DNA of 64,000 nucleotides from IMG/VR virus record IMGVR_UViG_3300020685_000001; one strand, 5' to 3'. Below the pieces are notes generated by a model, which saw only the letters and a list, made by a program, of their open reading frames with translations, was not told the DNA's origin and made no database searches. The stretch comes from an uncultured virus (IMG/VR IMGVR_UViG_3300020685_000001) (lineage: Duplodnaviria; Heunggongvirae; Uroviricota; Caudoviricetes). Shown piece after piece: positions 36,206 through 46,700 of the stretch. A program made the position numbers and the translations under genes. Positions within the stretch are counted from its first letter, which is position 1. Each line of letters opens with the position of its first letter.

Positions 36206-36793
36206 TTACCCTAATACTTGTTTAGCATGGGCGATTTTAACTTTGCGCTGGGCAAGACCTTCTAAACCACCATTTATACGTTTTGTCATTGTCTCATAAT
36301 CACCTAAATCTGCCAATTGATTGAGGCTTTTTTTATTCCAAAACCACCCCGCAGACATAGCGGCATTTTCAGGAATAGCTAGAAGTTCTGGATAAGTTAA
36401 AGTATCAATCTTTAAGGCATTGCCACAATAAAAGTACTCATCACGCCCAGTTATCTGTATGATTCCTCTTCCTCTAAACTTATACCCATCCCCTTCTTCT
36501 CTATTACCTAGACGGCCTGCATATACTTTATTGGCTAAAAGTTGCGGTTGGTGAGCATATTTCATTGCTGTAGCTAAATCTGGAAACCGACTAGGCCATA
36601 CTTCCATTAGTCTTTCTGGGCTGTAGTTAAGGCTTTCTTCTAGACGAGTAAAGTTATTAGACTCATGAGCACACTGTCCAATGAATGCCGCCTTGCGAAG
36701 ATTAGTATTAATTTCGTATTTTTGCATAACAGCGTTAAGAGGTTCTAACCATTTCCCGTCAATACCTAAAGCAATTAACTGACTTTCAATCAT
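36206..36793 (-). CDS. Endolysin, glycoside hydrolase family 19
   Basis: FIGQCAHES, EESLNYS, FRGRGIIQITGR, SAGWFW, TKRINGG. Confidence 0.93.
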   Translation of the reverse strand: MIESQLIALGIDGKWLEPLNAVMQKYEINTNLRKAAFIGQCAHESNNFTRLEESLNYSPERLMEVWPSRFPDLATAMKYAHQPQLLANKVYAGRLGNREEGDGYKFRGRGIIQITGRDEYFYCGNALKIDTLTYPELLAIPENAAMSAGWFWNKKSLNQLADLGDYETMTKRINGGLEGLAQRKVKIAHAKQVLG

Positions 36794-37209
36794 TTAATTA
36801 GTCCGTTTTCTGTTGCCCATTCTTGCCATAGATTTACTTGGAGGGTTGTTTCAGCGCATTGTCCAGCAAGTATTGGGTAGGCGGTTTCTGCATCAGCTCC
36901 TTTGGGGGCTGGGGAAATGCCGGGCACTGAACGGCTACCGGGGTTGATGTGCATCCCACCATAATAATTGCGCAAAGCAGCAAGCTTACCTTCAAATTCA
37001 TTTTGGATTCCTTTATTTACGAGTTCCTGCTGTGACCGAATGGATTTAACTTTTTCTTCTTGCTCTTTAGCGATAGCTTCAACACTTGCCTTGTATTCCA
37101 AATATCGACTACTACCCAAATGAAACCCACCATAAAAACAAATACAAGCAGCAAGAACAGCAAGTCCAATTTTGATGTAATTAAGGTATTCATCTATAAA
37201 GCTCCACAT
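36790..37209 (-). CDS. Rz-like spanin
   Basis: N-terminal TM followed by coiled coil; adjacent to the endolysin. Confidence 0.6.
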   Translation of the reverse strand: MWSFIDEYLNYIKIGLAVLAACICFYGGFHLGSSRYLEYKASVEAIAKEQEEKVKSIRSQQELVNKGIQNEFEGKLAALRNYYGGMHINPGSRSVPGISPAPKGADAETAYPILAGQCAETTLQVNLWQEWATENGLIK

Positions 37210-37454
37210 TATGCCCCCGGTCCTGCATTATCTTCAGGTTCTGTATTTTGCTTAGCCCAAATAGCCATACCATGCGCACCTACAATAGCAGCTACACCCA
37301 TATACATTCTTTCTAAGTCAACTGCCCCTGCGTGAAGGGCGTTATAAATTACTGCCCCAAAAAATCCAAATATAGAGACAAGCAATGACCAACGCCCAAT
37401 ATCATGCGTCTTACCATCTTTACCAGTAAGAAGGTCGTTTAATACTTTATTCAT
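37209..37454 (-). CDS. Putative holin
   Basis: 81 aa with two TM segments in the lysis cassette. Confidence 0.6.
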   Translation of the reverse strand: MNKVLNDLLTGKDGKTHDIGRWSLLVSIFGFFGAVIYNALHAGAVDLERMYMGVAAIVGAHGMAIWAKQNTEPEDNAGPGA

Positions 37455-37699
37455 TTCTTTTTAATGCGGGCAGTTTTAGCTACTACAGATTTTTTAGCTG
37501 CTGGTTTTTTAGTTTTTGTGGTAGCTTTCGGAACTATCACTTTTTTCTTAGGTTTTTCAGATAAAGATGTAACTTCAACTACAGGAAAAGGCCACATTTT
37601 AAAATCAGGGGTTTGCGCATCAATCTTAGCCTTACCAACTTCCATATCAATTTTTGGCATATAGCCAAGCTTGTCGAATAACCAATTAATAATAAACAT
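37451..37699 (-). CDS. Small protein with Lys-rich tail
   Basis: WPFP motif; histone H1-like K/A/P tail. Confidence 0.6.
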   Translation of the reverse strand: MFIINWLFDKLGYMPKIDMEVGKAKIDAQTPDFKMWPFPVVEVTSLSEKPKKKVIVPKATTKTKKPAAKKSVVAKTARIKKK

Positions 37700-39864
37700 T
37701 ATTTAACTCCTAGGTTGAGAATCTGTTCTTCTAGTGCCGTTACTTTTGCACTAAGTTCTTTAACTGCGTTAACTAATAGCCAAGTAATTTCTGTAGTATC
37801 AACGTGCTTAATGTCAGTTGTCTCTGTATCTTCAGGGTTTAACTTTCCTGGAATAGTTCTAATAACACTTGGCAAAACTTGTTCAATTTCATCAGCAACT
37901 ACACCAAGACCTTCTGCACCTTGCGTAGACCCGCCTTTACCGTTGTATACCCATGTTCTAGGTTTAATTTGATTTAATAAATCAAGACCTTTTGTATAGT
38001 CTTGGATATTATTTTTAAGGCGAATGTCTGACGTAGCAATCCACGCAGTAGAACTACCACCTTTAATAGCATCAACAGCGGTTGTATATAGAGTATTATT
38101 AGCTAAACCTACAGTGCCGCTTGTAGGAGTTATTGATAAATATGTACCACTACCACCTCCAAAACCATTTAGAAAACCCACGGTATTAGTAGTTGGGTCA
38201 AATAAAACCCCAACACCATTACCAGCAAGTTGCAATGATGTAGCTGAAAGTCCAGAACTATAAGTGCTGTAAGTTACACCAATACGCAGGTTACCTGCGC
38301 TGGTTCCTGTTGCGGTTATGCTAGCTGTAGAACTATAGGTATTTGCTCCAGTAAAGTTATTTGTGCCACTTAATTGAGCATACCCAGAAAGCGCAGATGA
38401 AGTTACATAGTTTGACGGGTTTGAGCTAAGCGGATAGTAGTAAGAACTATAGTCTGTTGAAGAAGGAGTTACTGGTCCAGTACGACCATTAAAAGAAGTT
38501 ACTGCGCTTGTACCTAGTAGTGTACTAAACGGGGTTGAAGACCATACAGAACCATTAGAAGCTAGTACGTTATTTGCAAAGCTTGGAGAAATAGCTGTTG
38601 GTACACTTGTACCATTACCAACTAATACAGCTCCCGAAGTTAAAGTCGCTAAGCCTGTACCCCCAAAACTTACTGGAATTGGATTTGAAGAATTATAAGA
38701 TGTACCCCATGCAGCACCTGTTGAATTAGGAATACCAACGTTAGGGTATACAAAGCTACCGCTTGCAGATAATGCGTTCTTAACAAATGCTGTTGTAGCT
38801 ACGTTATTTGAGTTATCAGTAGTAGCAGGGGTTGTAGCAATAGCCGCAGGAGAACCAGTAATAGTTGTAGAACCTACAGTCTGTGAAATATTAACAAGGT
38901 ATGTACCTGCGCCACCTGTGCCAGAACCTAATGCTGTAATTTGGGTAGAAGGAGTAGTAACTGTAACAGCACCGCCATCGCCGGATACTGTCGAAGAAGC
39001 TGCTGCACCAGCAGTAAATGAATAACTATTAGCATTAATATAGGTAATTGAATATGTACCGTTTAAGCTTGTACTTGGAATGCCACCCGTTGCAGAAGCT
39101 CCAGCAATAGTTACAGGAGTACCATTTGAAAACCCATGACCCGCCTGGGTTACTGTTACAGTAGCGCTGCCGTTTGTAGTAGATAGGGGATTAGTTAAGT
39201 TAGTGGATGTGGCAGCGGCAATACCTGTACCGGAAATAATTTGACCAACAAAAACAGATCCTACAGAAACCCCGCCTGTTGGTACGGTTAAAGTATTACC
39301 AGAAATACTACCTGTAAACGTAGCCTGTTCAAAGGCAGCAAAAACGTTAGCAGCTGAAAAATTACCAATTTCTGTGTCGTTACCAAGTACAGTTAAATTA
39401 CCCTCTACAAGGAAGTTACCAGCCGCAGTATTAGCCGCACGGAAATTTTGACCATCAGACCAAACAGTAATTGTCGCACCAGCAGCAATAACTACACCCG
39501 CACCTGCAGGGATGGTATTACCGATAGCTGTACTATTATAGATAGTCGCAGTATATGTGGTATTGTTATAGACAACATAGGATTTTGGTGTAGGCGGTGC
39601 ATATAGGTTAAACGCCGTAGTTACCGTACCAGTAGTTAATTGTAAAAATGCAAAGACTGACTGATTAGACGCTGCTGAGGTTGTAGAACCATAAACATAG
39701 GTTAGCGCTTGATTTGATGAATTAATAGGGATAGCTTGGTACCCACTGACGGCATTCTCAAGTACGTACTGGTCAGTACCGTTGGTTGTATTTCCCCAAG
39801 TACCAGCTTGGTCGCCTGTACCGATTAGTTCGATACGTAAATTCGGTGAGTATGTTGAGGCCAT
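37699..39864 (-). CDS. Tail fibre with C-terminal intramolecular chaperone (peptidase S74-like)
   Basis: GDQAGTWGNTTN N-terminus; VATTAFV; VTSFNGRTG; SDIRLKNNI...GVVADEIEQVLP...LVNAVKELS. Confidence 0.9.
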   Translation of the reverse strand: MASTYSPNLRIELIGTGDQAGTWGNTTNGTDQYVLENAVSGYQAIPINSSNQALTYVYGSTTSAASNQSVFAFLQLTTGTVTTAFNLYAPPTPKSYVVYNNTTYTATIYNSTAIGNTIPAGAGVVIAAGATITVWSDGQNFRAANTAAGNFLVEGNLTVLGNDTEIGNFSAANVFAAFEQATFTGSISGNTLTVPTGGVSVGSVFVGQIISGTGIAAATSTNLTNPLSTTNGSATVTVTQAGHGFSNGTPVTIAGASATGGIPSTSLNGTYSITYINANSYSFTAGAAASSTVSGDGGAVTVTTPSTQITALGSGTGGAGTYLVNISQTVGSTTITGSPAAIATTPATTDNSNNVATTAFVKNALSASGSFVYPNVGIPNSTGAAWGTSYNSSNPIPVSFGGTGLATLTSGAVLVGNGTSVPTAISPSFANNVLASNGSVWSSTPFSTLLGTSAVTSFNGRTGPVTPSSTDYSSYYYPLSSNPSNYVTSSALSGYAQLSGTNNFTGANTYSSTASITATGTSAGNLRIGVTYSTYSSGLSATSLQLAGNGVGVLFDPTTNTVGFLNGFGGGSGTYLSITPTSGTVGLANNTLYTTAVDAIKGGSSTAWIATSDIRLKNNIQDYTKGLDLLNQIKPRTWVYNGKGGSTQGAEGLGVVADEIEQVLPSVIRTIPGKLNPEDTETTDIKHVDTTEITWLLVNAVKELSAKVTALEEQILNLGVK

Positions 39865-39873
39865 TTATATTCC

Positions 39874-40905
39874 TTACTGATTATCGTCTATGTCTATCCA
39901 GCCCGGATTTTGGTTATCGCCTACGCTATCCCATCCAGGGTTTTGTGCATCATTTATTCCTGTCCAGTTAGATGTCTGGTTATTACCTACTGCCTGCCAC
40001 ATTTGGACCTGGTTATTATTGACACCGTTCCAAGTTGTATCCTGATTATCGTTTATTTTAACCCATCCACGAGCAAAAGGGGAGTCTATAGCCGATACTA
40101 TTTCTTGGGTTAAACCTACAAAATTGGCTTTTGCGGTATCGGTATCGACTAAGTTAAAGTTTTCAGCAGCTGTTACAAATGCAAATCTACGACCATTTAC
40201 GGCATCTGTAAAGGTAGCTAATTCTTGGACTCGTACTGGAAAGCTTTGGAATACGTTTTCTACATCAGTAAACCTAGCTGTTTCTGGTACGGAAACCACA
40301 AATTTAGCTCGGGCAATAAGGGCTTCAACTAAAATTACTGACTCTGGTACAGTTACCCGGGCGTTTAATTTACCGGCTTCGACATCGGAAAAAGAGCTAT
40401 TTTCAGCTACGGTTTCACGGAAATTAAATTGGGATTGTTCTCTATCACTTAAAGAAAGAGTATTAGCAGATAATCCAGCAAAGGCAGCTTTTGCTGAAAC
40501 TAGGGTATTAATTGTGGCTGCTTCACTTGTAAATACGTAATAAGTATTATTACTTCGTTCTGTATCTGTTAGGGTTACGTTTTCTGCTGCCAATACAATA
40601 TAAGCAAAAGAAGACGCTAACCTATCACTAATAGTGAACATTTCATATACTGCACCACTTGCACCAAATTTAACAGCGTAGGCGTCAGCAAGGGAACTGC
40701 TTTCTGCTACAGTTTCACGGAAGTTAAATTGGGATACATCTCTATCAGATAATGCAAAAGACTCAGCATTTAATACGTTAAATTTAGCTAAACTAGAAAA
40801 AGAATCGGTTGTTGTAAAGCTTTCAGATACAGAAATCGAATAGATACTACCCCCCGGAATAGTACACCAGGGAGCCTGTGCAAATGGTGAAAACCCAAAG
40901 GTCAT
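39874..40905 (-). CDS. Repeat-containing tail-associated protein
   Basis: FGFSPFAQAP start; ~20-aa repeats; C-terminal 11-aa W..(V/I)..NQ repeats. Confidence 0.7.
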   Translation of the reverse strand: MTFGFSPFAQAPWCTIPGGSIYSISVSESFTTTDSFSSLAKFNVLNAESFALSDRDVSQFNFRETVAESSSLADAYAVKFGASGAVYEMFTISDRLASSFAYIVLAAENVTLTDTERSNNTYYVFTSEAATINTLVSAKAAFAGLSANTLSLSDREQSQFNFRETVAENSSFSDVEAGKLNARVTVPESVILVEALIARAKFVVSVPETARFTDVENVFQSFPVRVQELATFTDAVNGRRFAFVTAAENFNLVDTDTAKANFVGLTQEIVSAIDSPFARGWVKINDNQDTTWNGVNNNQVQMWQAVGNNQTSNWTGINDAQNPGWDSVGDNQNPGWIDIDDNQ

Positions 40906-40950
40906 CTGGTATATCCGTAATTAGATAGAAGCTCTAGCAGGAACGTCATT

Positions 40951-41598
40951 TTACACCTCAGGGAATAAGCATTTGTTAATAAACAATGAAACTTCATCTG
41001 GGTCTAACCCTAAAGACGCCATTACTCTAGGGGTATGTGGGTTTTTCTTTTGGTTCTGGCAGTAATAATTTTGCTTGTCCTTATAGTCGCCTTTCTCACC
41101 CATACCCATATAGTCAAGATACTGGTTAAGATTTGCTGTGGCTAGGCTAAGTACTTTAGCTAACTCTTCTTCTGTGTTGATGTTTCCGGCAGCTACCATA
41201 CTAGGGCTAAATATATTACGTGCCCATTCTGGAAGTTCTCGCTCTCTACTCCACTGGTAGCCAGCTACTTTATCTTTAAACCAGTCGTTTAATGGGTGTT
41301 CACCTATTGGGCTAAAGTCATGGAAAGCACCAGTAACCTTATTAGCTCCAGCAATAATATCAAAGCCGTATATGGGGGCAGGGCAGTCTAAATGTGGGAA
41401 TACGCACAAATGGAGCATATAGAGCTTTTTGGTTTCCCTAGCGTCTACTATGTCCAAATGCGCCCTACGAAAATTATGACCTTTATAGACATAATTAGGC
41501 CAAGTAAATTTATGTCCTTCGTCTACTTCCTCATAGTACTTAAACCGCTTTTGGAGGTAGTCAGCGAAGTTTTCAAGCTGCTGGAATATCGTGGGCAT
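40951..41598 (-). CDS. pcyX: Ferredoxin-dependent bilin reductase, PcyX-like
   Basis: FRRAHLD...YMLHLCVFP...PIYGFDIIAG..AFHDFSP, RELPEWARNIFS, YCQNQKKNPHTPRVM; Asp where PcyA has the HLE Glu. Confidence 0.88.
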   Translation of the reverse strand: MPTIFQQLENFADYLQKRFKYYEEVDEGHKFTWPNYVYKGHNFRRAHLDIVDARETKKLYMLHLCVFPHLDCPAPIYGFDIIAGANKVTGAFHDFSPIGEHPLNDWFKDKVAGYQWSRERELPEWARNIFSPSMVAAGNINTEEELAKVLSLATANLNQYLDYMGMGEKGDYKDKQNYYCQNQKKNPHTPRVMASLGLDPDEVSLFINKCLFPEV

Positions 41599-42106
41599 CG
41601 GCAATCTCATCAAATAGTCTTAGATTGAATTCTATAGCTATATTAGCCTCATCACCTAGATCATCAGATAGACGCTCACGAACTTTGTCGATTAACTCTT
41701 TGCGGTTTTCAAATTGGTACATTAATCCAGAGCCAGGTACAACCTTTTTAATCATCTGGCCACCGTATAAATCGCCAAAATGCTTAGCGTATATATGCCC
41801 CATAATCTTATCTGCAGGTATGTCTTCTATGTACTTTGCGTAGTCTGCAGTAGATTGGTATACCTTAGCCGGAGTTACTAACTCAATATAGTCCATCTCA
41901 ATCTTAGGGCCACGGCAAATACTTTCAATACCTTCTAATAAACCTTCTTTCCAAGCACGCTCTTCTAATTTTGTATAACAGAACAACTGGTTATATAAAA
42001 GGTCTGCATAGACCGGTACTGGAATTTCACCTGATAAAAGAACCTTAACAAAACGGTGGTTTTCCGCCTTATCGTGGTTATCTTTAATCAGGTCTTTAAG
42101 GCTCAT
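41573..42106 (-). CDS. hemO: Heme oxygenase
   Basis: Proximal His in HDKAE; distal helix HIYAKHFGDLYGGQMIKK; DEANIAIEFN. Confidence 0.93.
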   Translation of the reverse strand: MSLKDLIKDNHDKAENHRFVKVLLSGEIPVPVYADLLYNQLFCYTKLEERAWKEGLLEGIESICRGPKIEMDYIELVTPAKVYQSTADYAKYIEDIPADKIMGHIYAKHFGDLYGGQMIKKVVPGSGLMYQFENRKELIDKVRERLSDDLGDEANIAIEFNLRLFDEIADAHDIPAA

Positions 42107-42363
42107 TTTTTATCGGCAGCGGCAGCGGCAGCGACCAAAGCAGCAGCAGCATCGTTTTCTGCTTTTAAAATAGCAGCAGCAACTTCTTCATCTTTTTTTC
42201 CTACATAGTTATCAACTAATTCATCGTTAACTAGTGAATATCTAGGAGCAAAAGTAGATTGACCTTCTTTCAAATCAAAAGAAGCAAGATGCTCTGGTTC
42301 GTCAGATTGGTTCGTAAAATCCGCAATAAAACAATCCGTTGGAGTAGTAAAATAAATTTTCAT
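42103..42363 (-). CDS. Small hypothetical protein (possible fibre assembly factor)
   Basis: 86 aa with Ala-rich tail; stop overlaps the hemO start (ATGA). Confidence 0.6.
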   Translation of the reverse strand: MKIYFTTPTDCFIADFTNQSDEPEHLASFDLKEGQSTFAPRYSLVNDELVDNYVGKKDEEVAAAILKAENDAAAALVAAAAAADKK

Positions 42364-42374
42364 TTTTAATCCTT

Positions 42375-43739
42375 TTAAGCAGCTAATTTAGGTCCAGAAG
42401 TTCCACCTGTTAATAACATATAATCTGTTGTCATAGCAAGACCTGGATAGTTTGTTGTATTTGGGGCCGGGAATGATGGGTAATACAGGGTTGTACCTGT
42501 TTGTGTAAATCCACCAGCAGAGTTTTTAGTATATACAGCAGAAACATAATCTCCTGGATAGTTACCTGCATAACCATTACCATTAAAACCAAATGCCCAA
42601 CCATTGTTGCCATAAGGAACAACGCCATAACCAGCACTACTATCTGTATTTGAATAAGTAGAGTATGTATTATTATTTTTATCAATCATGAAAGCCTCCA
42701 CACCAGAACCATAATAGTAGTATGGGCAAAATGTGCAGACAGTTGATCCGTCACGAGATGTTATTTGACGTTGGCCATAATAAAAACCTTGGTCAAAACC
42801 ATAAGAAGTTGTAATTGACAAAGCAGTTACATAAGTACCTGTAATTGCACTTGTTCCACTTCTAGTAAATGAGTACAAAGCAAAGCTAGAACTAGTAAAC
42901 ATTACGGTAACATATACAGTTCCGTTAGCAGTTACAATTGGTTTTAAGTTGTAATATGACTCGTTATTATTAACACCCCAACTGCTAGTCAATGCAACGG
43001 TTGAGTTAACTCTAACTACGCCAGACTGTGTTAATGCAACTGATGGGTCAGGGTACAAGTTAAAATCTACGTTTTGGAATGTAATTACGTTAAAGTTACC
43101 ACCTGTACTAGCATAACTTAGAATAGTTAACTCTTTACGAGCGTAGTTATATGACGCACTACCCTGCATTGTTGTATTTAAACTTGAAACGGTATATGCA
43201 GAAGTACCATCTAATGGAGCAGTATAATTTCCGAATAAACGATCTACAGCAGTAATTTTACCGCCGTTTAAAAGGTATACAATTCTTTTGTTTGAGTGGT
43301 CACTATTAATTGCATAAGCATTTAAATAGTATTTATTGTAGTTAGAACTAGTAGCCCTTCTAGCACTACCAAAAGTACCATCACTATAAATATCAATACA
43401 AGAATTTCCAAATTCGCCTTGTGAATTAGTTGCATTCATATAGTTAGACGTACTGGTTGAAGACGCTTGGTTACTAGTATCTGATACCCAGCTAAACTGA
43501 GAAGAATAGTTTTGGTATGTTCCGCTAGTTAAATAAACTATGTTAGAGGGGCCATAGCTATTATAGTTACTTGGGTAACTCAAGTTTATTGGCTGCGCAA
43601 AGTTTTGATCGTAAAAAGCAAAGCCACCGTTTCCGTTAGATGGGTTATAGCTACATAGTGCATAGCTAAATCTGGCTCCAGTACCCGAAACACCTGGGTT
43701 GACACCACCGTTAAGAACTGTTGTAAGAAGTTGTGGCAT
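42375..43739 (-). CDS. Putative receptor-binding / fibre-tip protein
   Basis: S/T/N/Y/G-rich beta protein directly downstream of the long fibre; likely start MPQLL. Confidence 0.6.
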   Translation of the reverse strand: MPQLLTTVLNGGVNPGVSGTGARFSYALCSYNPSNGNGGFAFYDQNFAQPINLSYPSNYNSYGPSNIVYLTSGTYQNYSSQFSWVSDTSNQASSTSTSNYMNATNSQGEFGNSCIDIYSDGTFGSARRATSSNYNKYYLNAYAINSDHSNKRIVYLLNGGKITAVDRLFGNYTAPLDGTSAYTVSSLNTTMQGSASYNYARKELTILSYASTGGNFNVITFQNVDFNLYPDPSVALTQSGVVRVNSTVALTSSWGVNNNESYYNLKPIVTANGTVYVTVMFTSSSFALYSFTRSGTSAITGTYVTALSITTSYGFDQGFYYGQRQITSRDGSTVCTFCPYYYYGSGVEAFMIDKNNNTYSTYSNTDSSAGYGVVPYGNNGWAFGFNGNGYAGNYPGDYVSAVYTKNSAGGFTQTGTTLYYPSFPAPNTTNYPGLAMTTDYMLLTGGTSGPKLAA

Positions 43740-43740
43740 A

Positions 43741-46700
43741 TTAAACGAGCCTCCATCCAAAAGAAGAATTATAAGTTAAATTGACTGATGCGCCTGAAAC
43801 GTTCAGGATTAAGTTTTGACCAGAACCTTGAATACTTGCGCCATTATATCCTACAGTTACAGGATTTACCCCAAAAGTGCTATTTGCATCTGCAATCTTT
43901 ACCGAGTCATTGTTATTAGGCGATGCTGGTAAAGTAATTGTAAATGGGCTAGAAGCAGTATTGCATAGGTAATTGGTTCCTGCTACTGCAGTAGTTGCCG
44001 CTGTTGTAACTGTCCATTGTGGTGTAACAGATACAGTACCCCAAGAAGTAACTGTGCCGTTTGTAGTTAAATACTTACCACTATTTCCAGTTTGGCTTGG
44101 AACAGCCGCACTAACTTGAGTACCAACATAAGTAACAACCGCAGATTGGGTAGGAACCTTGACTGGAGAGTTCTGAGCCATTGTACCGTCAGTACTAAAC
44201 TCATTAATCTGAGCGCCTAACTGAGCGCCAATCGAACCCAAACGTAAAGATGTCAAACCAGACAGGTTAAACGAGTTAGCATTCAGTGTTGCGGCACCAG
44301 TTGCTTGGTTAACCGCAAAGTATGAACCAACTTGGAAGTTACCTGCTTGGTCAGCAGAAATATAGTAAACACGACCAGGCAATGTTTGAAGAACTTGGTT
44401 AGCCGGATTAGGTGCTTGTGTTGGGGTATTAGGGTAGTTTGTAGTTGTAATACCACCAGTACCAATATTTAAAAAGTCATGGGCAGTAATACGGCATAGA
44501 CTAAAGTTAGAACGAATCGTAACTGTAGAACCCGATGCTGAAGCCGTAGCTTTTTGTTGCGCTAATACAACAGAAATAACACTAGAGCTATTAACCCAAG
44601 AGCCAGAGGTTGCGTTAATAATATATGCAGAAGAATCTCCAGCGACTTGAACTGACTGACCGACTTGAGGTGCTGCTATCAAATTGTTCAATACAAGTAC
44701 ATAACCTTGTTGCCCACCATATGTAGATACTATACCAACACCACCGCTTGTAGCAGTAATAGTTTGGCCAGCAGTAAATGTACCACCAGTAACGTTAGTT
44801 ACATAGACAGAAGAAATCTGTACGTTAGTTACAGTTGCAGTTACACCAGCACCGTTAGATACCGTATCTCCTGGATTAATAGTACCTGTGTAATTACCGG
44901 TAAAAGTAATTAAAGTACCATATAAAGAACCAGTAATTGCGGTCTCAGCAGCGCTATATCCAGATGATACTGATCCGTATGTACCATATGAGTTATTTCC
45001 GCTAATAGAACGTAACTGACCACCATTAGTAGTTGCATATCCAAAATAAGCGTAGTAAGTAAATACGCCGACGCACTCAGATTTACCATTGTTATCAACC
45101 CAAATACCTACACCATTATCGTGAATACCTGTGAACTCATGGAAAAGAATTGAGCGATTACCAGATGAGTGTACGCTACCATTAACGTATGCGCCAATAC
45201 CACCAGAAGAGAAGCAAGCACACTCAATAACATAAGGTGATTTAACAATAATTGGGGACGCTGGGTTTAATGCGCAGTAGATACCTTTTGGCGTAGATGT
45301 AGTAATATCTGAAGGTGTTGCTCCAGGAACCCAGCCAGTCATGCCTTGGAACGATAACTTATTTAGCAAAGAACCATCCGATAACGCCCACATAGTTGCT
45401 TGGTTGTTTGGTGTTACACCATCTGCAGCAAGGCCAGAGCCAGGTTGAACAATTGTAGTACGAGTTGCATCACCTACGATAGCGCAGTTAGGAGGAACAA
45501 CCATTGGCAATAATGCTTCTTGGTAAGTACCAGATTTAACAAAAATTGCAGTCTTTTGACCAGATGGAACAGCCGCAATTGCGCCTTGAATAGTTAGCTT
45601 TGGAAGGGCTAAGCTATTTCCTGGATTTGAATCGCTACCATTTTTAGCAACATAAAGAATATTTACACCACTAGTAGCATTAAGCCAAGCTAAGTTAATG
45701 CCATCATTAGCGATTGATAATGAGTATCCATTTTGGCCAGAAGTAATTGCGGGGAATACATTATTACCAGCAGCAAAAATCTGCCACTCACCGGCAGTCA
45801 AGTCGGTATTAAAGTTTGAGCTAGATGTATTATCCTGTAAGCAAATATAAGAAGATGTTAAGTTATAAACTACATCATTAACTAAATATTGTGTAGCTGC
45901 AGCCCAAGTACCTCTCCAACGAATACCACCGTTAAAGATCTGCCACTTACCAGCAGCTAAGTCAGTAGCAAATACACCAGATGTATTTAGTGTTACGCAA
46001 GAATAAGTATTACCGCCATAAACAACAATATCGTATGGTAGATACTGAGTAGCAGTTGTCCAAGCACCACGTTGACGTAATCCTGATACAAAGATAGACC
46101 ATTTACCAGCGGCTAAGTCAGTAGCAAATACACCTGAAACGTTTTGTACTTGGCAAGCGTAAGTATTAGCGCCATACTGAACAAGGTCGTTTACGTAATA
46201 TGTAGTTGATGTAACCCATGCACCACGGTTTTGAAAGGCGGAGATAAACGGCTGCCAGTAAGCAGTATTAGTAGGTAAATTACCTGTAGTATTAGCAGTT
46301 GCAATATATAGGTTTGCGCCATAGGCTACGATATTATTAGGTACATATGCAGTAGCGGAGTTATATACACCACTAGCAGCAATACCAGAAACAAATGGGG
46401 ACCAATAAGTAGCATTTGTTGGATCATGGCCGGTTGTTGTTTGGATTGCAATATAGGCAGATGGGCCATACGTTACAACGTCATCCGGTTGATAGGCCGT
46501 AGTATTGCTATAAACCCCATTATATTGAATACCAGTTACAAACGTAGACCAAATAGCAGGGTATAAGTCAGGTTCTTTATTAATATTATCCGATAAAGAA
46601 ACGTAAACTACAGCGCCATAAGCAACAGCATCGCCAATGTGGTATTGAACAGCAGGATCCCATACACCAACGAAGTTAACGCCCTTTACCATTAATGCCC

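Noticed and set aside
36790..37209. Embedded Rz1 lipoprotein gene
   Set aside because: Could not identify a convincing lipobox ORF by eye
40951..42106. Bilin genes as evidence of a cyanophage
   Set aside because: Reductase residues fit PcyX rather than PcyA/PebS; no psbA, hli, petF or bilin lyase seen
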